Of a stretch of DNA of 64,000 bases, positions 11,315 through 24,084 are shown piece by piece. The notes beneath the pieces are model-generated. The model was given only the letters and a program-made list of their open reading frames with translations. It was not told the origin of the DNA and did not search any database. Origin of the DNA: Octopus sinensis (taxonomy: Eukaryota). The DNA is taken from positions 93,186,001-93,250,000 of the forward strand of contig NC_043004.1 of NCBI RefSeq assembly GCF_006345805.1, written 5' to 3'. Position 1 is the stretch's first letter. Each line of letters starts with the position of its first letter. The position numbers and the translations under genes are program-made.

Positions 11315-13323
11315 TTTTCTTTTTGTTGTTGATTTAAATACAAGTAATAATAATAACAACAACATCTATTATTATTATTATTATTATTATTGTTATTGTT
11401 ATTATAATAATCGCAACAGTAGCTACTACTATTATTACTACTACTACTTCTACCACTACCACTTCTGATATCACGAACGTTCATTGTGTGTGCGTGTGTG
11501 GGTGTGTGCGTGTGAGTATGTGTACGCGTACGTGTTTGTGTGTATGTACATCCAAAGTCTCATGTATAAGTATATGTGTGTGAGACTGTGTGCGTGTGAC
11601 TGTGTGCGTGTGACTGTGTGTGAGACTGTGTGCGTGTGACTGTGTGTGAGACTGTGTGCGTGTGACTCTGTGTGTGCGTGTATATGACTGTGTGTGTGTG
11701 ATTGTGTGTGCGTGTGTGTGTGTGAGTGTGATTCTGTATGTGTGCATGTGTGTGTATGTGACTGTGCGTGTGTGTGTGTGTGAGTGTGATTGTGTGTGTG
11801 TGTGTGTGTGACTGTGTATGCGTGTGACTGTGCGTGTGTGTGTGTACCCTGTCTCATATATAAGTGTGTGCGTGTGTGTGTGTGTGTGTGTACGTGCGTA
11901 TCTGTGTGTGTCTGCGCGTGGGTGCTTATGCATGCTGTTATTGTACTTTCTTCTTTCGGTCTTTAGAATTTCCGTAAGCAGTCAGGCGAGGTGAGTATGA
12001 AAAGACATGGGGTATCTTTCAGGAGTGGCGATGGTGTGAACTGACAGTAGAGTTAGGAAGTGGTGGTGGTGTGCGGCTGCGGTGGAGATTGAGGTCATAG
12101 TATTCTTTTCAACTCTAGACAAGGCTCCGAAATTTTTGGGAGCGGGGCCAGTCCGATTATGATCCCAGCACGCACTGGTACTTAATTTATCGACTCCGAA
12201 GGTTGAGAAGCAAAGTCGACCTTGGCAGAAATTTGAACTCAGAACTTGNNNNNNNNNNNNNNNNNNNNNNNNNNNNNNNNNNNNNNNNNNNNNNNNNNNN
12301 NNNNNNNNNNNNNNNNNNNNNNNNNNNNNNNNNNNNNNNNNNNNNNNNACAGGTGCTTCTGCTGCTGCTGCTGCTGCTGCTGCACTGCTGCTGTTTTCTT
12401 TTTGTTGTTGATTTAAAATACAAGTAATAATAACAACAACATCTATTATTATTATTATTATTTTATTGTTATTGTTATTATAATAAGCGCAACAGTAGCT
12501 ACTACTTTTATACTACTACTTCTTTACCACTACCACTTCTGATATCACGAACGTTCATTGTGTGTGCGTGTGTGGGTGTGTGCGTGTGAGTATGTGTACG
12601 CGTACGTGTTTGTGTGTATGTACATCCAAAGTCTCATGTATAAGTATATGTGTGTGAGACTGTGTGCGTGTGACTGTGTGCGTGTGACTGTGTGTGAGAC
12701 TGTGTGCGTGTGACTGTGTGTGAGACTGTGTGCGTGTGACTCTGTGTGTGCGTGTATATGACTGTGTGTGTGTGATTGTGTGTGCGTGTGGTGTTGTGAG
12801 TGTGATTCTGTATGTGCATGTGTGTGTATGTGACTGTGTGTGTGTGTGTGTGAGTGTGATTGTGTGTGTGTGTGTGTGGACTGGTATGCGTGTGACTGTG
12901 CGTGTGTGTGTGTACCCTGTCTCATATATAAGTGTGTGCGTGTGTGTGGTGTGTGTGTGTACGTGCGTATCTGTGTGTGTCTGCGCGTGGGTGCTTATGC
13001 ATGCTGTTATTGTACTTTCTTCTTTCGGTCTTTAGAAATTTCCGTAAGCAGTCAGGCGAGGTGAGTATGAAAAGACATGGGGTATCTTTCAGGAGTGGCG
13101 ATGGTGTGAACTGACAGTAGTAGTTAGGAAGTGGTGGTGGTGGCGGCTGCGGTGGAGATTGAGGTCATAGTATTCTTTTCAACTCTAGACACAAGGCTCC
13201 GAAATTTTTGGGGAGCGGGGCCAGTCGATTAGATGATCCCAGCACGCAACTGGTACTTAATTTATCGACTCCGAAAGGTTGAGAAGCAAAGTCGACCTTG
13301 GCAGAATTTGAACTCAGAACTTG
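11269..13323. repeat. ~975-bp direct duplication (11269-12248 and 12349-13323) flanking a 100-N scaffold gap (12249-12348)
   Basis: The copies differ mostly by 1-2 bp indels and both abut the gap. Confidence 0.9.
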
Positions 13324-14304
13324 AAGACAGACGAAATACCTATTTCTATTTCTTTACTACCCACAAGGGGCTAAACACAGAGGGAACAAACAAGGACAGA
13401 AAAACGGATTAAGTCGATTATATCGACCCCAGTACGTAACTGGTACTTATTTAATCGACCCCGAAAGGATGAAAGGCAAAGTCGACCTCGGCGGAATTTG
13501 AACTCAGAACGTAACGGCAGACGAAATACCTATTTCTTTATTACCCACAAGGGGCTAAACACAGAGGAGGAACAACAAGGAGAAAAAACGGATTAAGTCG
13601 ATTATATCGACCCCAGTACGTAACTGGTACTTATTTAATCGACCCCGAAAGGATGAAAGGCAAAGTCGACCTCGGCGGAATTTGAACTCAGAACGTAACG
13701 GCAGACGAAATACCTATTTCTTTATTACCCACAAGGGGCTAAACACAGAGGGAACAAACAAGGACAGAAAAACGGATTAAGTCGATTATATCGACCCCAG
13801 TACGTAACTGGTACTTATTTAATCGACCCCGAAAGGATGAAAAGCAAAGTCGACCTCGGCGGAATTTGAACTCAGAACGTAATGGCAGACGAAATACCTA
13901 TTTCTTTATTACCCACAAGGGGCTAAACACAGAGGGAACAAACAAGGACAGAAAAACGGATTAAGTCGATTATATCGACCCCAGTACGTAACTGGTACTT
14001 ATTTAATCGACCCCGAAAGGATGAAAGGCAAAGTCGACCTCGGCGGAATTTGAACTCAGAACGTAACGGCAGACGAAATACCTATTTCTTTACTACTCAC
14101 AAAAGGCTAAACACAGAAGGGACAAACAAGGACAGACAAACGGATTAAGTCGATTATATCGACCCAGTACGTAACTGGTACTTATTTAATCGACCCCAAA
14201 GGATGAAAGGCAAAGTTGACCTTGGCGGAATTTGAACTCAGAACGTAGCGGCAGACGAAATACCGTTTAGCACCCGGCGCGCTAACGTTTCTACCAGCCT
14301 TCTA
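13175..14304 (-). mobile_element. Tandem multimer of SINE family A (1 variant-tail unit + 5 ~181-bp units + single head)
   Basis: Units joined at ...gacgaaatacc|tatttc; flanked by gaggtcata(g/a)tatt (13161-13174, 14305-14318). Confidence 0.9.
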
Positions 14305-14339
14305 GAGGTCATAATATTAAGAATAGTGTGGTGTTTATG

Positions 14340-14660
14340 TTGATCGAGGTAGTTGTCTTTTGATGGATAATTTCTCATCTATAGTCGAAGGTCCTATAGA
14401 GGATTGCAGTGCCAGCCAAACTGACAGGTTTCCCCAGACCATGATTCATGAAAATATGTAATTTGCTCGGCAAAGTGGGAAGAAATCCGAAGACAAAGTA
14501 TTTTTTTTATATCTCCAATTTCATTCCCTACTACCGTCCTGCTTTCTAATGATGGTAGCATTTCTGCTCATTTTAGGGCTTCAGGATTTCACCGTGACCC
14601 TGACATGGTGGCTAACAGATACTATGCAGTGATTCTATCCGGCACTGTTTTTTGAGTATT
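14340..14660 (-). pseudogene. Possible heavily decayed Ty3/Gypsy RT fragment
   Basis: Minus-frame S*SPKMSRNATIIRKQDGS...SDFFPLCRANYIF resembles SPWASPVVIVRKKDGS...DxFPLPRIDDIF; multiple stops. Confidence 0.35.
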
Positions 14661-14723
14661 CGCAGCTAAACCTATATATATATACAGCCTATATATATAT
14701 ATATATATATATATACAGCCTAT

Positions 14724-14755
<32 letters not shown>

Positions 14756-14758
14756 CAG

Positions 14759-14809
<51 letters not shown>

Positions 14810-15489
14810 CCATTCCTCTATCAGCAAATTGGGCATCTGATGGATAGGGGTTTTCATCACCACACCAAAATGGACCAAATGATGATGATGATGCATTAAA
14901 TGTGCCAAGTACATTGGAGTGGGGCTAGTATTAGTGTTACTGGTAGCATTGATGGCACTAATGGACTGGGACTCCGAGAGGAATTTCGCTAAGCGGAACA
15001 AGTCTGCTTTTTGGCCCCTCCCTCCACTCGGACCAAGAAGCAGTCTTGTTTGATCTGGAGAGTGAGGGGTCAAAAACACAATCTTGTTTCCTTTATATAT
15101 AGAAGTATATATCATTTTTTAATTTGGTTTGCAAGATTCTTGATGTGAATCTGTGTACTGAAATAGACTTTGTTGTATCTCGGGAGGAAAAATAAAGACG
15201 TGAAATTGAACCAGTGCGAGTGTTTATTATTGACATAACGACCCTCCCGACATACACCAAAACAGAAACATATGGTTGTGAGGCAAAATGAACATAATGG
15301 ATAACATTCCGTGTATGATTAAGACAACACTATTGAAGCTCTCTGAATATGACTAACTTTAGTAAAAACATTATTCTCTTTGCACTGCAACAACCAGATA
15401 ACATAATTTATATAAAGCAACGATAAGCCTAATCAGCAAATAAAATGAGGTTTTCTGCTTTTCTGCCTTTTTTATCAGTAAAATTTCGG

Positions 15490-15865
15490 CGCAGGTGTGA
15501 CTGTGTGATAAGAAGCTTGCTTCCCAACCACATGGTTCCGCGTTCAGTCCCACTGCGTAACACTTTGTGCAAGTGTCTTCTACTATAGCCTCAATGCGAC
15601 CAAAACCTTATGAATAGATATCACAGACGGAAACTGAAAGAAGCCCGTCGTATATATGTATGTGTGTGTGTGTGTTTGCACTCCCATCATCGCTTGATAA
15701 CCGGTGTTGGTGTGTTTACGTTCCTGTAGCTTGGTGGTTCATCAGAAAGATCAATAGAATAAGTACTAGGCTTAAAAATAAGTCTTGGGGTCGAATTGTT
15801 CGACGAAAACACTTCAAAGCAGTGCTCCAGCATGGCCACAGTCAAATGACTGAAACAAGTAAAAA
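15490..15865 (+). mobile_element. SINE family B (head aggcgcaggagtggctgtgtggtaag; tail ggccgcagtcaaatgactgaaacaagtaaaa)
   Basis: Matches the other family B copies; internal (TA)/(TG) microsatellite. Confidence 0.85.
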
Positions 15866-16024
15866 AAATTTTTTTAATAAATAAAAAAAATAAAATTTTG
15901 TTTTGTATTTGGTTTGGAAGATTCTTGATGAGAACTCTTGTGTTATGTAGACAGACCTGAAGCTGATTTTGAGTAGAAAGGGTATGTCATAGAAGAGGTC
16001 ATAAATGGCAACGAAAAGACTTTG

Positions 16025-17165
16025 GTAAATAGAATCTGTTCAATTTGGCTCACAGGTTTTAAAAAATTTAACCAGTTTGAAGCTTTGTATACTGGTGGAA
16101 TTTCTCACGCAGAATACGGTTTACTTTGAACATTTTTGACAAAATTTCGTATTTTGGAAGTTATTTCGTGTTAAAGTTGTCGTATTTGGGTAATTTTAGC
16201 CAATCAACGACGTGTATTTAGTTGAAGAAAGCTACTGCTGTTTGCGATAGTAATCGAAGAGGAAAAACTTCCAGGTCATCTCTACTAAATGTCATCATTC
16301 TGTTCTATTTTACTTTTTGTTTACTACCTGTGTTGCATATTACACGCTTTTTTTTTTGTTCTCGCGCCGGAGTAACCAGTAAACATATAGAGCTACGGGT
16401 CCGCTGCTAGCTTTTTTGTTGTTATCTCATTATAATCAACAACAAACACATTTCGTCAATATAAAAGTCTTTATTAGGTTCAAAATAACATTATCAAAAC
16501 AAAGATAAAACAAAAGAAATATTCTTTGTTTTCTTCCAAGTACCAATGTAGCCGTAGTCTTTCATGTTGTTCACCAACTGACTTTTCCTCTGAAAAAATC
16601 AGTGGAATAAGTCGATCTCCATACACAAATTATTTTCCTCCTGAAACTTATTAAAAAGTATACATATTAGTCGCACTTTTCTATAAGCCGCACTCTAAAT
16701 TTTCCAGGTAAAAAATAGTGGCTTATACACCGGAAAATACGAATTGTAGTGGCAGTGACAAGTTCACTCGCCGGTTGCTAGTTGATTGTGTAGAAGTGGC
16801 TGTCTGCTAGCAGGAAGAGAAAGAGTAAGAAATGCACGGTACTGACTAGAAAGGAAGAAAGGGTAAAGGTGACATCGTCTTCGCTCGACATACAAATAGA
16901 AGAGAGTGGTGACATTTAGTAGAGATGACCCGGAAGTTGTTCTTTTTCGATTACTATCGTAAACAGCAATAGCTTTCTTCAACTGAATACATGTCGTTGA
17001 TGGTTAAACACGTAATAACTTCTAAAATACGAAATTTTGTCAAAAATGTTCAAAGTAAACCGTGTTCTAGTTGATAAATTCCACCAGTAAACAAAGTTTC
17101 AAGCAGTTTAGTTAGAAAAAAATTAATTAAAAAATCTGTGCGCCAAACTGAACAGATCCGGTCAA
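16025..17165. mobile_element. Foldback/MITE-like element with ~280-bp inverted arms
   Basis: 16025-16310 is the reverse complement of 16895-17165 (e.g. gtcatctctactaaatgtca / tgacatttagtagagatgac). Related arm at 19380-19550. Confidence 0.85.
16660..16742 (+). mobile_element. pogo/Tc2-like terminal fragment
   Basis: ...tataagccgcac...gtggcttatacaccggaaaatacg resembles pogo-type MITE ends. Confidence 0.5.
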
Positions 17166-17514
17166 TACAACTGACTGATTGAGAAACCGAATAACTAATC
17201 AAACAATGGATTAGTTAGAAGGTTAAATAGTTAATCAATAGACGAATAATAAAGAAGTAAAACTGAACCAGCGCGAGTGTCTATAACTGACATAATGAGC
17301 CTTCTGAGATACATTATCAAAATAAGTTTTTTCTGGCAATACTCAGATCAATATTCAGTCTTGATAAATAAACAAATATGGTTTAAAACATAGTTGATCT
17401 TAAGAAATTTTTGACATAGAGAAAAAAGAGAAAAAGTTCCTGCTGCTGAAATTGTCGACAATATTTTCAGGCATAAACATTTGAAAATATTTCACAACTC
17501 TCTCTCTCTCTCTC

Positions 17515-17908
17515 TTTTACTTGTTTCAATCATTTGACTGCGGCCATGCTGGAGCACCGCCTTTAGTCGAGCAATTCGACCCCGGGACTTATTCTTTGTA
17601 AGCCCAGTACTTATTCTATCGGTCTCTTTTGCCGAACCGCTAAGTTACGGGGACATAAACGCACCAGCATCGGTTGTCAAGCGATGTTGGAGGGAACAAA
17701 CACAGACACACAAATAAACACACATATATATATATATACATATATACGACAGGCTTCTTTCACTTTCCGTCTACCAAATCCACTCACAAGGCATTGGTCG
17801 GCCCGGGGCTATAGCAGAAGACACTTGCCCAAGGTGCCACGCAGTGGGACTGAACCCGGAACCATGTGGTTGGTTAGCAAGCTTCTTACCACACAGCCAC
17901 TCCTGCGC
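17515..17908 (-). mobile_element. SINE family B
   Basis: Full-length match. Confidence 0.92.
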
Positions 17909-18379
17909 CACAACGTTTTTAATCAATTAATAAATTTAACAATTTCAAAGTTTCAGTTCGGGTTTTTCAAAATTTGTTTTATACGAGTATACTGACGGTA
18001 AAAGGTTACATTTATGTTGCAAAATCTTCATCATATTCAGTAGGATATTGATGAGCTAACTCTTTCACTAGCTTTCCTGACTTACTTTCAGACATTGTAG
18101 GTTATTTTCGCGAGATATGACCAATTCTATCTAACCGCTTAGAAGCATGAATGTGTACAGTTAATCCTGCAAGAACATTTGTCAATGAAAATATAAAACA
18201 CGAATTTTTAAGGTGTTGTATCGTCGTAACAATTTTTTCCTCTTTCGAGTTCCACCTCCACGTCCGTGGGAGAATATGACACCCATCTCAAGATCTGGCA
18301 CCATCTCCTTGGCTTCATTCCAGATGCATTTTCAACAAGAGAATACACACGGGTGGAAATAAAATGAAGTAAAAAAAAA

Positions 18380-18556
18380 AGAAGTGGCTGTGTGGTAAGT
18401 AGCTTGCTTACCAACCACATGGTTCCGGGTTCAGTCCCACTGCGTGGCACCTTGGACAACTGTCTTCTACTATAACCTCGGGCCGACCAAAGCCTTGTGA
18501 GTGAATTTGGTAGACGGAAACTGAAAGATGCCCGTCGTATATATGTATATATATAT

Positions 18557-18591
<35 letters not shown>

Positions 18592-18812
18592 GCGTGTGTG
18601 TTTGTGTGTCTGTGTTTGTCCCCCCAAACATCGCTTGACAACCGATGCTGGTATGTTTATATCCCCGTAAATTAGCGGTTCGGCAAAAGAGACCGATAGA
18701 ATAAGTACTGGGCTTACAAAGAATAAGTCTCGGGGTCGAGTTGCTCGATTAAAGGTGGTGCTCCAGCATGGCCGCAGTCAAATGACTGAAACAAGTAAAA
18801 GAGTAAAAGAGT
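18380..18812 (+). mobile_element. SINE family B
   Basis: Full-length match; inverted relative to 17515-17908. Confidence 0.92.
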
Positions 18813-18829
18813 AAATATCTTTGTCTCGC

Positions 18830-19230
18830 AACTTCATCAAATTTCAAGGCGATTTTCAAATTTAGATATTTCCTCATCCAATCTGGCATCTCTAGCTAGA
18901 ATGCTCTTTTCCCACATAAATATATAGGCCAATACATTATAGCAAATTGTCAACATTGACACGCAAACAAAATGTTGGATATGCAAATACTCTGTCTCCT
19001 TCATTCCTTGTCTTGAATGCTAATAAGGTGAGATACAAAAGACTTGATTGATTAAATTCTCCCAGACATCTGGTCTCTGACATGCTGTGTACTGAACTAC
19101 CTATTCGACTTTAAAGTGACTTCTGTTGTTTAGGGCTTGAACTAAGCAAGTTATACATATTCTTATCAGATTTAAAATGCGTTATGATTTCCGATATGCA
19201 CTTTGTCACGTCGTTTGCCACGCACATAAA
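18830..19230 (-). pseudogene. Decayed RTE-clade LINE RT fragment
   Basis: KETEYLHIQ...SILARDARLDEEISKFENRL resembles RTE KTEVM...GSTLSRDARIDDEVSNRI. Confidence 0.45.
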
Positions 19231-19275
19231 TTCTATTATTCTATTATCGGTTTCAGCCAGAGGCTACGGTGGATA

Positions 19276-19306
<31 letters not shown>

Positions 19307-19379
19307 CATACATACATACATACATACATACATACATACGTACGTACGTACGTACGTACATACCCACATATATGAAAAA

Positions 19380-19550
19380 CACATACATAAACAAACTTTT
19401 ACAATACGAAATTTTGTCAAAAATGTTCAAAGTAAACCGTGTTCTGGATGAGAAATTCCACCAGTAAACGAAGTTTCAAACAGTTTAGTTAAAAAAAAAA
19501 AATAATTAAAAAATCTCTGCGCCAAACTGAACAGATCTGGTAAATACAAC
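19380..19550. mobile_element. Solo arm of the 16025-17165 foldback family
   Basis: Close match to ~17025-17170. Confidence 0.85.
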
Positions 19551-19710
19551 TGTGTGCGTAAAAGTATATGAGTATATTTTCCACAAGTTTTACTTATTCA
19601 AATTCTTCCTCTGAGGAAGGAGTTGGTTTTTAACGAAGATACAAAGCTCCATCATTCGAAGTACATATAATATACATATATGTATTTATTAATATGTATG
19701 ATTATACGGA

Positions 19711-19918
19711 AGGCGGCGAGCTGGCAGAATCGTTAGCACGCCGGGCAAAATGCTTCGCAGTCTTCGTGTTCTGAATTCAAATTCCGCCGAGGTCGATTTT
19801 TTTTTTCCTTTCATCCTTTTCGGGATCGATAAAAATAAGTGCCAGTTGAGTATTGGGATTTATGAAAGTGACTTATCCCCTCTGCCGAACTTGTTGTCCT
19901 TGTACCAAAGTTTGAAAC
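19711..19918 (+). mobile_element. SINE family A (variant tail ccttgtaccaaagtttgaaac)
   Basis: Head ggcggcgagctggcagaatcgttagcacgccggg. Confidence 0.85.
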
Positions 19919-19929
19919 TAATATATATA

Positions 19930-20320
19930 CTCTTTTACTTGTTTCAGTCATTTGACTGCGGCCATGCTGGAGCACGGCCTTTAATCGAGCAACTCGGCCC
20001 CGGGACTTATTATTTGTACGCCCAGTACTTATTCTATCGGTCTCTTTTGCCGAACCGCTAAGTGACGGGGACATAAACACACCAGCATCGGTTGTCAAGC
20101 GATGTTGGATGGGACAAACACAGACACACAAACATACACGCACACATACATATATAGGACGGGCTTCTTTCAGTTTCCGTCTACCAAATCCACTCACAAG
20201 GCTTTGGTCGGCCCGAGGCTATAGTAGAAGACACTTGCCTAAGGTGCCACGCAGTGGGACTGAACCCGGGACCATGTGGTTGGTAAACAAGCTACTTACC
20301 ACACAGCCACTCCTGCGCCT
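19930..20320 (-). mobile_element. SINE family B
   Basis: Full-length match. Confidence 0.92.
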
Positions 20321-20674
20321 ATGTACATTTTTTTTTTACATTTGTCTGTGTAATGTTGTGTATGCGTTTGTGTATGCGTATACGTGTGTGTGTCATATGG
20401 GCTATGTAAACTAGATGGAACTTAATTTTTTCTATTACAATATGCTTTCGGTTCTTATCTTAAAACACATTAATTATTCTGAAGGCTTTTGACATTTAAT
20501 CCACTTCCCTACATTCAACCTTTGCCCTTTCAAGCATGTTCCTCTTTCCCAGTGATAACAGTCATACAATGATATCGAGAGTTTCTACCTAAGATTAGAT
20601 GAGGAAGTAGAGGTTTGGGAAAAACATGTATATGTATATATATATATATATAATATATATATATTATATATTTA

Positions 20675-20979
20675 TTTATATATAAAAGTGAAGTTGTGTG
20701 TGAGTGTCTGTCTCCTACGATTTAGATTCCTAACTACTCCCACATTTTGCGGTGCAGTTTAACCAAAAGCGGGTATCTTATAGTCGTGATTCATATCGAG
20801 CCCTTCTGGGTATTAGCGCGCGTCTACGATGAGTCTACGATTTAAAAAAAAATTTACCATAATTTTTTCTCATTTTTAAAGCATTTTTTTTGCTATTATA
20901 TAAGGGAAGTAACTCTCTAAAAATGCTTATATAGTTATTTCCTTTACAAACCCGAGCAATGCCGGGCGATACTGCTAGT
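20675..20979 (+). mobile_element. Non-autonomous Helitron
   Basis: 3' hairpin cccgagcaatgccggg followed by CTAG-T; same family as 48585-48982. Confidence 0.82.
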
Positions 20980-21189
20980 ATATATATATATATATATATA
21001 TATGCATGTATGTATATATGTATGTATGTATGTATGTATGTGTATGTGCCTGTGCATGTACACGCACCCCCCCCCGCATACACGCATGCACACAATATGG
21101 TGATTGCCACTTCTTTACAGAAGAAGGCCATCTCTTCAATTAATATCCCTTGGATCCATTCTCATAATTGTTTCGCTAATCCAATAACA

Positions 21190-21995
21190 ACAATATAAAG
21201 TATGAAGCCCTTAAAACGGTTTTTGTGCATTTATAGAGAATATCGAACTGTCTTACACGGGATCTTGTTTTTAGGAATTCCCAATAAGTTATGAACACCC
21301 AAATTGTGAAGTCAGTTACGTAATAACATAAAATTAGTTACCCGATAGTAAGAATTCAAATAAAGTAGCCCCGAAAAGGGCTTTAATGCGTTCCCAGAGC
21401 AAATAGAACTTAGGAGGGAATACTAATAAGGCATGTATACCAAAATCGTGAAGCGTGTTACGTAATAACAGGCTAATCAGATATGAAATAATAACAATTC
21501 AAAGTAAATAACTCTGAAAAGGGCTTTTCTACATTCCCAGAGAATATTACTCTCATGGGCGCTAGTGTTGGTATATTCGCGAATGAGTCACTAACCGAAA
21601 TACGTGGATCTATTGTTTAGGAAAATACTATTTACTTGTTTAAGGGTTGTACTGGATAAATTGCGAAAAAAAACCCTAACAGTTCAAATACTAAGAAATA
21701 AGCATACTCAATTTGATTTATACCAAATGATTTGGGAAAATTAATGGGTTATTTTAACTGGCTCTTAAAATCTGGACGAATGGGTTATTTCCCTTGGCTA
21801 TTAACATGAAATATATTAGATATATATATAAGGATCCCTTCCAGGGGCCTTATTATCGATGTTTTTCAACAATCTGAGTATGCTATGGGTTCTACTCACG
21901 TGTAAAGTTTCATCAAAATCGATAAAACGATATAGGATGCGTTAGCTAACAACTCCATAAACTCCCCCACAGACAGAATTTTCCATATATGTAGT
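21190..21995 (-). mobile_element. Helitron/Helentron-like non-autonomous element with internal ~145-bp diverged repeat
   Basis: End aaagtttcatcaaaatcg...acagacagaattttccatatatgtag is typical of Helitron-N 5' ends on the minus strand; internal repeats at ~21300 and ~21445. Confidence 0.45.
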
Positions 21996-22751
21996 AGTTA
22001 TTATATAACAGCATATCAGTGACCTAAAGAAGATGTCTGAAACAGGCATTTTCTAGCGACTTGTCAGGTCTTCTCACTTGGTCAGGTTGAATCTTGAACA
22101 AGGTTTGCTGGCCAGCCCCGCTATATAACACTGGTTAACTGGATAACACTTTTGGGACAGGTAGATGCATTTCGAACTTGCTGGTTCTCTCCAGCACCAG
22201 ATACCAAGTGAAGCGAATCTAAAGTGACTATGTTATTATTTTAATACTATTTTGCCTTAAGTGAGAATTTTCTCTCTGTGACAAACTGCAGTGAAAAGCC
22301 TTTGTAGATTCAAATATCCCTCAAACATATTTGAACTAGTCTTAACTTTCTTTATTCTTTGCAACCGCTTCGCACATCTACTCAGGACTTTGTTCCGGCC
22401 TGGTGGACAATGCGCACTTTCGGTCATGTTGAATGATTTCTAATAAAGAAAGATTTGCTTCCTAGTCAGTTCAGAGTTGCCTCTCTTGGTATCTAATGCT
22501 AAAGAGAACCAACGATTTCGAAATGTACCTATCAGTCCAAAAGAAAACCTTCTGAGCTGACTATGATGTTTTTACACAGTTTTGTATTAAACGGAAATTT
22601 TTTTCTGTATTTCATGCTATTGTAAAAAGCCTTCACAAGTTCAAATATCACTTAAATATATTTGAACTGGTCCTAAGTTTGTATATACTCATGTATTCAA
22701 GTCCTATTTATGCAGTTTGAAGTACCACACGCGCATACACCGCGCGTGTGC

Positions 22752-23070
22752 AGATGGATGGATGGATGGATGGATGGATGGATGGATGGATGGATGGATG
22801 ATTGGTTGGGTGGGTGGGTGGGTGGATGGATGGATGAATGGATGGATGGATGGATGGATGGATGGATGGATGGATGGGTGGATGGATGGATGGATGGATG
22901 GTTGGGTGGGTGGGTAGATGGATGGATGGATGGGTGGGTGGGTGGATGGATGGATGGATGGATGGATGGATGGTTGGGTGGGTGGGTGGATGGATGGATG
23001 GATGGATGGATGTATGGATGGATGGATGGATGGATGGATGGATTTGGGTGGATTTATGTGGATGGATTGG
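22752..23070. repeat. (GGAT)n/(GGGT)n microsatellite
   Basis: Directly visible. Confidence 0.95.
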
Positions 23071-23084
23071 AATAAGATTATTTT

Positions 23085-23730
23085 GTTTATAGGATATTGG
23101 TAATGGTATATTGGCACAAAGCCTGAAATTTGTGAGGAAGAATCTAGTCGATTTCATCGATCCCACTGCACAACTGGTACTTATTCTATCGACTCGGAAA
23201 GGATAAAAGTCGACTTCGGCGAAATTTGAACTCAAAGCTTAAGGACGAGCGAAATACCCACCAAGTATTCTTTTCTATTCTAGGCACAAGGCTCGAAATT
23301 TGGAGGGAGGGGTCTAGTCGATTAGATCCCCACCCACCCCGAGTGTGTAACTGGTACTTAATTAAGGCGGCGACTTGGCAGAAACGTTAGCACGCCGGGC
23401 GAAATGCGTAGCCGTATTTCGCCTGCCGTTACGTTCTGAGTTCAAATTCCTCCCGAGGTCAACTTTGCCTTTCATCCTTTCGGGGTCGATTAAATAAGTA
23501 CCAGTTTCGCACTGGGGTCGATATAATCGACTTAATCCGTTTGTCTGTCCTTGTTTGTCCCCTCTGTGTTTAGCTTCTTGTAGGAAGTAAAGAAATTGGT
23601 ACTTAATTTATCTACCCCGAAAGGATAAAAGGTAAAGACGACCTCGGGAGAATTTGAACTCAGAACGGAGCGACAGACGAAATACCGCGACGCATTTCGC
23701 CCGGCGTGCTAACGTTTCTGCCATTTCGTC
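23085..23730. mobile_element. SINE A cluster: plus-strand copy (23364-23596) nested in a minus-strand copy, plus a further minus copy
   Basis: 12-bp direct repeat tggtacttaatt at 23352-23363 and 23597-23608. Confidence 0.85.
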
Positions 23731-24015
23731 GTAATTGTAATAGCAATGTTAATCAGAAGGAAAATAAAAGAATTATTTCTTAGTTTTCATATACAGTTAC
23801 AAAAAGTCTTCAAATTTTCCACGGAAATGGAATGAAATATAATATACTAAAAGTAAAATATTTACGTTATTACTTTTAAGAATTTTTCGACGAAAATTTA
23901 TCATTACCAATGCATATATACATACATACATACATACATACATACATACATACATACATACATACATACATACATACATACATACATACATACGTAGGTA
24001 CGTACATGTGTGTGT

Positions 24016-24077
<62 letters not shown>

Positions 24078-24084
24078 GTGTGTG

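Noticed and set aside
10444-11484. 346-aa and 201-aa ORFs with polyE/R/N/F
   Set aside because: Trinucleotide repeats; only the small donor-bounded segments are kept as candidates.
13345-14263. Regular array that might be read as CRISPR-like
   Set aside because: Units are near-identical 181-bp SINE bodies with no unique spacers, in a eukaryotic context with no cas genes.
14720-15115. 131-aa ORF with a His run
   Set aside because: His run is a (CAT)n microsatellite and the end is (TA)n; no recognisable domain or splice context.
22230-22680. Diverged ~330-bp tandem duplication
   Set aside because: Old, low identity, with no coding or structural signal.
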